The position numbers were made by a program, and so were the translations under genes. From NCBI RefSeq assembly GCF_001447785.1, contig NW_015175976.1, positions 777,486 through 841,485 of the forward strand: a DNA stretch of 64,000 nucleotides, in the 5' to 3' direction. Each line of letters opens with the position of its first letter. Position 1 is the first letter of the stretch. The notes beneath the pieces are model-generated. The model worked only from the letters and a program-made list of their open reading frames with translations. It was not told where the DNA came from and made no database searches. Below, in pieces: positions 54,406-64,000 of the stretch. The stretch comes from Gekko japonicus (taxonomy: Eukaryota).

Positions 54406-55135
54406 TGTAATGATTCCTTGTTTTAGAGTGTGTGTGTCTCTTTAAATATTTGGTTGCAGTGCAGTGAATGCAGAGTAGAGTGATTGAGAGAGACAAGTGT
54501 GGTGTGATTGGAGGATGACAGTGTGGGAGGAGTTGTTCTGTGTGGATCTGTGTGGATGTCAGTCAATTATGAAAGTCAGTTAGAGAAAGCAGTTGGAGTT
54601 TGGAGTTGGTGTCAGAGTCAGTGAGTAAGCTGACAGTGTCTGTGTGGAAAATAAAGAATTTAGAGATGAGCACCGCAACCCTAGAGTCTGATTCGACTGG
54701 CTTTCGAGCAAGGGAACCTTTACCTATATATGTCTTAAAAAGTGAGACTCTAAAGATCTGGAAGGAAGTCAAAATTACCAAGAGCTTAGCCTGTGTGGCT
54801 GCCTATAGGAAAGAGGGACTGAGTGTGTGATACATTTGCCAGACATATTTACAAGTCCCTTATTCCCAAACAGCTACAGATAAACCAGCCTCATATTTTG
54901 TTCTTATTTCAATAAATCATCTTTTGTTCAAGTTTATCCTAGAATTCAGTTCTATCTTTCCTCAGGACCACATAGATCCCTGAAAAGCCTAGACTATGGG
55001 TCACATTACCAGCAGCAGAGGAGAGAAGGTTTGGAACTCCTTAAATTCCTGATGGCAGCAGAAACTACCCAGTTTACAAAAGCAAAGAACACATATAAAG
55101 TGAAAAGCAGTCCTCCCAAATAAGAGGATGCCACA
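54406..55135 (+). mobile_element. Solo LTR (730 bp)
   Basis: Starts TGTAA, ends CCACA; perfect 5-bp TSD GTCCC (54401-54405, 55136-55140); AATAAA at 54911. Confidence 0.75.
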
Positions 55136-57325
55136 GTCCCCCTTAACAATAGGGCAATTACTAAACATGTTTGATGTTTGCCTTCCAGCCACATAGTCTA
55201 TGCACAGCAACATGTCAATCCACAGAGTAGAATACAGGTAATAACACAGAATGTCCCACAAACAGGGCTGTCAACTGACCAGGGGAAATGCCACAACTGC
55301 TCCTACACCTTTAAGAGCAGCCAGATCTTATGTCAGTAGGAGAGGCATGTCAAGATTAAGCCCTGTTCTTTCAGCCCTGGCAGCTTTACTTTCCCCTGCA
55401 TGTTTAGCTACCCTGGCCCCAATTCCCTCTCCTACTTGGTTCTTACACAAACAGGCCTGTCCCCCATTGGCACCTAAGTTTCGTGTCCAACATCAGTTGT
55501 TTTGGTTGTGAATTTAACTCTCAGGCGCACGACTGATTCTGGGTACTTTTTGGAAATTCAGAACATCTCAGGTTTTAATATCTGCATGATTTCTTTAAAG
55601 AGTCGAAGACATTCTTTTTAACCTGTTCTGGCAGCCATGCATTAAGCTGCCAACTACTTTTAAAATTGCCCTTTACTATTAGCAGCAGAAATTAAACACA
55701 TGAACTGTTCTATTTGATAAATGTAAAACTAGAACTGCCTCTGCTCTTACGTTTTCCTCCACAACTTGCCATACTGTCAGCTCGCTGCCATAGGAGCTGT
55801 GGTGGGGGAAGGGATTCCTTGGAATGTGACTTTCGCTTTCCTGCTGTCTGGGTGATGCTCCCTTATCTGTATAGCTTATGTGTTTGACCTTGGTTCTTGC
55901 CTGTAACATTATCTGCTGGGAAGGGGGGGGCATTGAAGCCATTAGATTCTGGTGGGCCCCGCTTTTGCCTTGATTGGCTCTTGGCTGCCTTGTGCCCTCC
56001 TTTGCCCCGTGCTTTGTAGCTCAGTCTTAACATAGTTCCTGAAGTAGCGACGTTCTGCCAATACTGATCAATAAACTTCCTTTCTAAAGAAGCAAGTCAT
56101 TCTGATTGTTGCAGGAGTCTGACACATACAGACAGCTGGCTATGTACATATTGTGTAGTGGGAGCCGCATGGATGCACGTACAGACAGCTGGCTATATAC
56201 ACATGTGCCGTCAAGTCGCAAGCAACTTATGGTACCCCAACAACGGGCTTTCAAGGCAAGTGAGCAGAGGTGGTTTGCCACTGCCTTTCTCTGCAGAGTC
56301 TTCCTTGGTCATTCCCCAGCCAAATACCGACCCTGCTTAGCTTCTGAGATCAGGCTAACCCAAGCCACCTTTCCTCCTGATTGTTAGCAGGTAAAGGCAT
56401 TTCTTATCACTCTCAGGTTGTCAGCTTTTAGATTGGTCCCTCTTTAGCATCAGTTCAATCTGCAACAGTTACCAGGTGAAAAGGTTCCAAGTGCCCAGTT
56501 CTGCATATAAAATCTCTATTAAAGGGACATTCCCCCCCCTGAAATGCCAGGAGCAGCATTGTCTGCTTTTACTTACCTGGCTCCTATCTAATCTCTTACA
56601 TACCAGCACTGATCTTGCCAGGTATTAGCTGGTGATGATGCTCCTTTCCATGACATGCAGTTTTTCTACCCTAGCTGAGATCGGGCTGTTATTAAAGGCA
56701 CAGGAACAGATCGGACTGACTTTTTACTGACCAGCCGGCAACTCTGGATAGGGATTTTTAAAATGATATGTGACTAGTGATAATGGGCAGGGTTTTTTTA
56801 ATGAAGGGTTGTTTGTTTGTTTTTAAATACAAGCATTCCCCATTTGAAAGAACAGTTATTCTACTCTTGTGGAATGGAACCGAACCGGATTCCTTTTCAA
56901 TCACAAGAGAAAGACTCTCAGGTTTTTGGAAGTAGATTCCCCCTTCTAGCACTGCACTTTTCCAAACACTTACTCTGCACCTTTGATTTGGGATATATAA
57001 CATGGTATGTATCCAAATACCTAACATTTAGTGACTAGTCACAACTGGAAGTAAGCTGCAAGTAGGGTGGACTGTGGGAATGGGAATTAGAAGGCGTTCC
57101 CTTGGTGAAGGAGGGGAACAGGAAACATTTGGCTTTTGTTTTATAGCTCAGTAAAAAGTTTAATAAAAAGCAATTAAAACATTTACATATTTTTGGCATC
57201 TCTTTTGTGTATATAGGCAGGGAAATGATGAACTAAACCTGCAATCTTTGCTCTCCTCCATTCCCAAATGCCCAGATATATAGATTTCTCCATGAAACAC
57301 ACCATAAAAAAAGATGATTCAGCTG

Positions 57326-58254
57326 GCATTACAATATGACACACAACTTAATAGAACTTATAAACCAAGGTACAACGTCGTCTCCAATTAAAGGGACCTT
57401 GCAAATTGCTAACAGGTGGTGGGTAGTGGGAGGCAGTACACTTTAAAGAAAACCTCATGTAGTTTACACAAACATAATATAGTTTACAAAAAACATCATA
57501 TGATTGACAAAAAACATGAAAGGTCAATTTCTGCATTCAGTCCATTAGGAAATACACTGTTCAACCGGTAAATCCAAAACATCTCTCGCTGTAAGAGGCG
57601 TCTTCTTAAGTCAGTCCTTTCTCCAGGAGTTCTCTGTACAATTTCTAATACAACATATTGAAAGCTATCATAACAATGATTAAGCTGTTTAAAGTGAATT
57701 GCTAATGGGGTATCCAGGTTCTGAGCCTTCAGTTTGGATTTATGCTCTGTAATTCTTGTTCTGATAGGTCTAGAAGGAGACCCAATATAAATTTTTTCAC
57801 ACACACATTTTAATTGCCCTCTGGTAACATGCACCAGAGAGAGATGCCTAGGATCCAGAAAAAAAACAATACTGCGTGTTAATTGAGATCAGCGTCCTAT
57901 CTGAATCGTGATGTGAGTTATTACTAGGCTGATTAGTTGTAATTTGAAATATTTTGAACTATCTTATATGTGTTCATAACAAAGATAAAATTATTATGTT
58001 GCAGATGCTTAATACTTGTTGTCTAGCTTTTATGAAAATGAGAGCTTTGGCACCTCTATGTAAGTCAGCAATAAGATTATTGTATTGTCTCTTGTTTCTT
58101 GTGATTGGTGTTATACATATTCTAAAAATGGCATGTTTGTGTACTACAGAAAATTTCCTGAAGATTCATTTTTTGAAACGTTGGTAAATAATCCGGAGAC
58201 GACGTTGTACCTTGGTTTATAAATTCTATTAAGTTGTGTATCATATTGTAATGC
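57326..58254 (-). mobile_element. Penelope-like element fragment with GIY-YIG endonuclease remnant and inverted terminal segments
   Basis: ORF 57496-57834: CxCxKIYIG..R..RITEH...HF...H...LE...LLQREMFWIYRL...PNGLN. 60-bp inverted repeat 57326-57385 / 58195-58254 with 2 mismatches. Confidence 0.85.
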
Positions 58255-59589
58255 TTCAGAGCACAATACATGTACAGCAATTCTTATAAGTCGTATGACT
58301 GTTGATTGTGGGTCAGACTAACACGACTGTTGACCTTATATTTGTTTATCTGGGTCTGGAAGTGGCCACCACACAAATTGCCCAGGTGGGGCTCAGGGTG
58401 GCCCAGCATGTAGTTTCCCCAGGATGGACTGGGCAGCAGCATCCCTTTGTCTGGCTGCTGCTTGTAGTCATCAATCAGCGGCCTGACAGGTCTCCTTTCC
58501 ACTACTCTGCAGCTGGGTGAACCGAGGTGTGGAGGCTGAAGGAGATGCAGCCCTTCTTCCTAAAGCTGCCGGCCCACTGGGACTTTTTCTGGGGATCATA
58601 ATGGCCCATTCAGCACAAGCTTTTGCAGACGACAGACGACCTCTTGGGATGGTATCACTGCCGTTGAGTAAGTGGGCTCTCTCTCACCGAGGAAGACCAG
58701 GGTCGCTATACCTTTATTTATTTATATCCCACCCTTCCTGCATGCAGGCTCAGGGCAGGTTACAACATATAAAACTCACAACAATAAAACCCAACTCTAA
58801 TACTATCAAATCACTACCCCTTAAAACAAGATGACATTCTGAAAAACCATTTCCCAGGGTCCCGGCACAGTATAGCAATAGGGAGAGGATAGAGTCTATA
58901 AATTCTTTTCTGATGACACAGTTCATTGCTCTTAGAAAGATCCACAGCGGGCATTTTAGTCCAGTGGCCCAACAGTCTACAGCAGATTCTGGCTATTAGC
59001 AAACCACCTCTGTTCATCTCTTGCCTTGCCATGGAAAAACCCATGAGGGGTTGCCCTAGGTCTGTCCTTGCCAAAACCCATGAGGGGTTGCCCTAGGTCT
59101 GTTGCGACTTGAGGGCACTTTATTATTATGTTAAGAATGGTCACAGTCAGATAGTTGACTGGTAGATGGTGTTCTGCAATTCCAGACCTAGCCAAGTTCT
59201 TGCGAATTGCAGGGGTGTCTCCGCAGGATTCTTGATGTTCCAAGCTGAGCTGGTGTTATTTACTTGGTGCCCAGAATGTCCAGGTGTTTTGTGAGACTTC
59301 TAGACACTGCTCCAGTGACAACTAGCACGATGGTCACCTTCTCATTATTATTACCATTGGACTCCAGGACAGGAAAGCTTTGCTGGAATACCATTTTGTT
59401 AACGTGCCAACGGTGCCATAGATTTTTTTTTTATGTACAGGAAGAGTGCATCTGGCTAGCAATCCTCTCTGCCTCAGAGCATACCTATTAAGAAGTAAAA
59501 GATTTTGTTGAGCTTCCGCTTCCTTCTTTCACAATAAGCTATTGTTGGCTTTACAGCTAAGGGGGGGGAAATGCACGCAAATTCCCTGC

Positions 59590-60300
59590 CACGTTGCTTA
59601 AAATCACACGACGATATTCGGCAAACGACGTCTTAAGAAGTAAAACTAGTCTGGGCGTCACCTCTAGAACGCTCCGCAGTAAACGCCCCGCAGGGCCAAT
59701 TTTTAGGTTCTCTTTCCCGGCGGCCTAGGGCTGACCTTAGAGCGTGAGCGCCACCTCCTGGCCTGGCACTCTGCGACAGATCGGACGTTGATTGGCCACC
59801 TGATCCCGCTAGCCTCTCTTCGATTGGCCAAATTGAGCCCTCAGCTTCATCGGTGGATGGAGGGAAGGAATGACGGTGCCGTCCAAAAGGCTCGTCGGCA
59901 CGCTCTTCGCGCGCATGCGCGAAGGGAAAGGCGTGTGTCTAGAGGCGACTGCCGTGAGAGCGGTCTGGTTTGGTTCGCACTCGCTGCTTCCGGGTTTTGT
60001 TTTGTTTTTTGCCTTTCTTCTCTCCTCCCCACCGGGTCAATCTTCTAACCTTCGTCCGCGATGCCGTTGGAGTTCGAATTGTGCCCGGGCCGGCTGATCG
60101 GCGGGGACCACCCTTGCTTTATTATCGCCGAGATTGGGCAGAACCACCAGGGAGACCTCGAGATCGCCAAGCGGATGATTCGCGTGGCCAAGGTGGGGTT
60201 TCCTATCTAAGCGCGGCGATGGTCAGAATCGGGTGGGGAATGGCGGGATGTGTTTGTCCTTTTTACTTGCCTCGGGGTTTGGGTGGGTGAATGAATGGAT
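59590..60300 (+). promoter_or_regulatory. NANS CpG-island promoter
   Basis: Two inverted CCAAT boxes (ATTGG at 59791 and 59823), NRF1 palindrome GCGCATGCGC 59911-59920, ETS CTTCCGG at 59987. Confidence 0.8.
60061..60192 (+). CDS. NANS: NANS (sialic acid / Neu5Ac-9-phosphate synthase) exon 1
   Basis: Encodes MPLEFELCPGRLIGGDHPCFIIAEIGQNHQGDLEIAKRMIRVAK; donor AAG|gtgggg; 132 nt. Confidence 0.96.
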
Positions 60301-61623
60301 CCCGGGGAGCTTTCGGTTAGAGCAGGGGGTCTCGGTCTCAGGCTGTGTCCCATATTCATTTACGGGGCTGTGATTTTTGCAGTGTCGTTGGGGGAGCCCG
60401 TTCCCCTCGCCCTCCCCGTCCTTTCCCTGTAATTAATTTTGTATCCTTTTGTGGCCAGGAGGTGGCTGACCTAATGTATGTTTATACATTTTTAGCTTAC
60501 TCCCCTTACATACTCCCTGCTCATTTTATCCTTGCAACAACCTGTTAGGGAAATTAATTAAGTAATTGTGGTATGGCAGTGGTCGTCGAATAATAGAGTT
60601 GGAAGGGACCTCCAGGGTCATTTAATCCAATCCCCTGCACAATGCAGGGAGTTCACAAATACCTCCCGCTCCACACCCCCATTGTAGTATAGCCAAGAGA
60701 TCCAAGGTTGTCTGGCAACCTGGAATTCCAGCTGTTCTTTGTGGTGAGCTAGGTTTTTGGGCTGAGAGAACTGTGACTGACCCAAGGTCACCCAGCTGGC
60801 TTCAAGTGGAGGAGTGGGGAATCAAACCCGGTTCTCCAGACTAGAGTCTGCAGCTCTTAACCACTGCACCAAACTGGCTCTCTCCTGTTAGGGAGCTGAG
60901 ACTGTGACTGGCCCGAGGTCACCTGGTGAGCTTCCTAGCTTCAACGAGACTCGAACCTGTAACTTGCCGGTCTTCAGTTGACACTCTAACTGCTAAACCC
61001 TGTGCAAATGTAGTAAATAAGCAACTCTGGGCTGCAAGTTCAGTGGATTGTCTTTAGAGGTTGATACCACTGATGGCTTTAACTCATTTGTGGGCTGGGT
61101 TGCACGGGACACATGGAAAGAGGAACTCTCTCCTGCACTGTCTCTTGTTTCTGTGGTTATACGTTTTGGGTGATGCCTCTGATGAAGTGGTGGGCTCTGG
61201 CCTGCAAAAGCTTGGCACTCAACAAATGTGCTAATCTTTAAGGTGTCATGGGACTTTTCATCCCTCATCTTGGTGTAGTAAATTCAAGTGGGGGTGAGGT
61301 GTCGAAAGCGACATAGTACACTTTATGCAGAGTAATCCAAGTAGCGCACAGAGTAATTCAAGTAACACAACACAGTGTGCAAGCTTTTGATATTAAAAAC
61401 ACAAAGGGATGGGGGAAGAGAAACCCTTCTTTCAGAGCATGGTATTAAGGCCTGATGAAGAGTTCTGGAGAACCCAAAAGCTTGTCGTGTTCTTTGGTTG
61501 GGCTGAATGAAAGGCGTTACATCCGTTTTGGATTTTGCGATGGACTGATCCAGCTGCCTGCTTCTTTGTGTGCAGTGTTCTGTTTGTTGGCCTTAGCCTT
61601 GTGTGACGGTTGTGTCTCAACAG

Positions 61624-61839
61624 GAGTGTGGAGCAGATTGTGCCAAGTTCCAGAAAAGCGAACTGGAGCACAAGTTCAACAAGAGAGCCTTGGAGAGGCC
61701 CTACACGTCCAAACACTCGTGGGGGGAAACGTACGGAGAGCACAAGCGCCACCTGGAGTTCAGCCATGACCAGTACAGGGAGCTGCAGCGCTACGCCAAG
61801 GAGATTGGCATTTTTTTCACCGCCTCTGGCATGGATGAG
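61624..61839 (+). CDS. NANS: NANS exon 2
   Basis: aacag|GAG acceptor, GAG|gtaagt donor, 216 nt. Encodes ECGADCAKFQKSELEHKFNKRALERPY...FFTASGMDE. Confidence 0.97.
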
Positions 61840-62167
61840 GTAAGTGCGAAGCGGGTTTGGAGGGTGTTTGAAAAGAAGCCGCTAATTGTGAAGTGAGGCG
61901 ACTGTCTGGTGGGGATACAGCGTCTCTGTTCTAGTATGACCACTGGATCTCTAGAGAGAGCTTCCTCAGAACATCTGCTTCCTCACTGTTGGGACTACCA
62001 CCATCTCTGTTTCGCCCACGTTCTGACCGGCTGAATCACCTAGTGAGGAACACAAATGGGAGTTCCTGAACCCCTTAATGAAAGGGGGTTGACTTTCACA
62101 GTTGTGATTGTCAGTGTTAGGGTTTTGTTTTTTAAAAAAAAATCTCTCTCTCTCTCTCTCTCTCTAG

Positions 62168-62267
62168 ATGGCTGTGGAATTCCTGCATGAACTAGATGTT
62201 CCATTTTTTAAAGTAGGATCAGGAGACACAAACAATTTCCCCTACTTGGAAAAGACAGCAAAAAAAG
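62168..62267 (+). CDS. NANS: NANS exon 3 (gene continues beyond the window)
   Basis: tctag|ATG acceptor, AAAG|gtaagt donor, 100 nt. Encodes MAVEFLHELDVPFFKVGSGDTNNFPYLEKTAKK. Confidence 0.96.
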
Positions 62268-62816
62268 GTAAGTTTGTTTTTCTTGAGTGATATGAAGAAG
62301 GGTAGTGAGATGTTCGTCACTCTGGTTGCCCCTGGCAAATAATCTGGTGAAAAATGGGTTTGGTTGGCATGGTACCCTTCCCAGGAAGAAACATTTAGTT
62401 AGAAAATTTATCTACTGCCTCTCCAGAGATCTGCTGGAGGCAGCTCACAAAATAAAACAATATGGCCACACGATCAAAAGCTACAACGTAAAAGTCATCA
62501 ATACTTCAAGCAAATCATAAAACGCATAAAAGCAGCACACTCAGCTGCTTAAAATGATATCTATCTAAGCAGTCTTCAGGCTAGATGCTGCTTTAAATGA
62601 TTGAACCTCTTACTTAATGCCTGGATAAAAAAGCAGTTTTTGCTTGGTGCCTCGGGGAAGGAAAAGTAAGCACCGAGGACTGTATTGGAGGCAGCCTAGA
62701 CTGGACAGCAGAGGTATCAACTGTCATCCCAAATTCCAGTCTCTCTCTCTCCTCTCTCCCATTTTGTCTCACATCACATTTGTCTGAAGAAGTGATATCA
62801 CAGCCTTCCCCTCACT

Positions 62817-63066
62817 GAGAGCCAGTGTGGTGTAGGGGTTAAGAGTGGCAGACTCTAATCTGGGAGGACCGGGTTTGATTCCCCACGCCTCCACATGCAG
62901 CCAGCTGGGTGACCTGGGGTCAGTCACAGTTTTCCCAGAGCTCTCTCAGCCCCACCTACCTCACAGGGTGCCTGTTGTGGGGAGAGGAAGGGAAGGTGAT
63001 TGTAAGCCACTCTGAGACTCCTTTGGGTAGAGAAAAGTGGGGTGTAAAAACCAACTCTTCTTCTTC
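62817..63066 (+). mobile_element. tRNA-derived squamate SINE
   Basis: Same family as 33566-33849; A/B boxes and TTC tail. Confidence 0.82.
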
Positions 63067-63078
63067 AGTGCTCTACAC

Positions 63079-63269
63079 CACTGGTTCCCAAAGTGGGCAA
63101 TACCGCCCCCTGGGGGGTGCTGGAACGATCCAGGTGGGTGGTAGGAGCCTTGGGTACAAATTTGTCCCTACATCTTTTTGTCCACTTCTTGAAGGTAGAT
63201 TTCCAGGGGTGCGCTGAGGAGTTTTTTCTGAAAAGGGGGCAGTAGGTCAAATAAGTTTGGGAACCTCTG
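63079..63269. mobile_element. hAT/Charlie-like MITE
   Basis: TIR cactggttcccaaa / tttgggaacctctg; TSD not evident. Confidence 0.6.
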
Positions 63270-63293
63270 CGAGTCCGCACTTAATGACTGATT

Positions 63294-63885
63294 GGGTGCG
63301 TTCAGATGGGGCCTTTCTGCCGGCAGAAACGCGATCATACTTACCTCCATTTTGCGGATCCCATCGTTGTATGCCCGGTCACACGCTGAGGGCGTCGGCA
63401 TTTTTGTTTTTGTTTTAAACACAGTTTGAGCAAGCGCATAGGCAGCCATTCACAGAATGGCGATCTTTGTGCATGCTCGAACCCCCCCCCCATTACATTT
63501 AAACTTTAAAGGTAAGGACTTACCTTTAAAGTTTAAAGCCCAAACTGGCCTCCCTTAAGTCCCGGACTCCTCCAGATAGTTAAAGTAAGGGTTTTTTTTG
63601 TTTTTTTTTTAAACAAACGCTCAGGGCAAAGCTTCGCCCAAGTGCATATCGCTCAGTTTAAAAAAAAAATGGCGGGGGAAAAACGGAAGCCTCAGGCTTC
63701 CGACGGAAATGGCTAGGCGATCAGACGGCGAGGTACAGCGTTTACAACCGTTGCACTCAGGATACCACCACTTGGGACCTAGTGGCAGAGGGAGAGGAGG
63801 CAGATGTTCCCCGTCTGAACGCCGGTGAGTACAACGATTGCAACCGGCACCTATACCGATGTAAAGCCCCCGTCTGAACGCACCC
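63294..63885. mobile_element. PIF/Harbinger-like non-autonomous DNA transposon (592 bp)
   Basis: TIR gggtgcgttcagatgggg / ccccgtctgaacgcaccc; 3-bp TSD att/att; CpG-rich, so probably young. Confidence 0.82.
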
Positions 63886-64000
63886 ATTGATTGATAGTCC
63901 GCCTTTCTCATTGGGACTCAAGGTAGATTACACAGAGTGAATACAGGGACATTCAGTGCACAATGAAATAGGATTTGTGTTGTAGAACCAACCAGCAGTC

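Noticed and set aside
59026-59102. ~38-bp direct repeat resembling a repeat-spacer unit
   Set aside because: Simple tandem duplication within a Sauria-type SINE tail; eukaryotic DNA, no CRISPR array or cas genes.
63337-63346. ATACTTACCT, identical to the U1 snRNA 5' end
   Set aside because: No further U1 similarity; it is an antisense splice-donor-like motif inside a MITE.

Overview
Vertebrate genomic DNA, almost certainly a squamate reptile (likely a gecko or lizard, judged from Sauria/5S-Sauria and Squam-type SINEs, CR1 and Penelope content). Four protein-coding genes can be reconstructed exon by exon. GNE: last three coding exons (+, stop 5653). CLTA (clathrin light chain A): complete, 7 coding exons including both tissue-specific micro-exons (-, 17639-41025). 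CCIN (calicin): intact single-exon CDS (-, 48485-50260). NANS: first three exons (+, from 60061). GNE and NANS catalyse consecutive steps of sialic acid synthesis and lie about 54 kb apart here, whereas in human they are on opposite arms of chromosome 9. Introns and intergenic DNA are dense with transposons: CR1, RTE, SINEs, hAT and Harbinger-type MITEs with target-site duplications (TSDs), two solo LTRs and a decayed DIRS-like element. There are also several Penelope-derived inverted repeats carrying hammerhead-ribozyme-like cores. No prokaryotic-type system (CRISPR etc.) is present. Gene identities and comparisons to human rest on my recall of the proteins, not on a database search.
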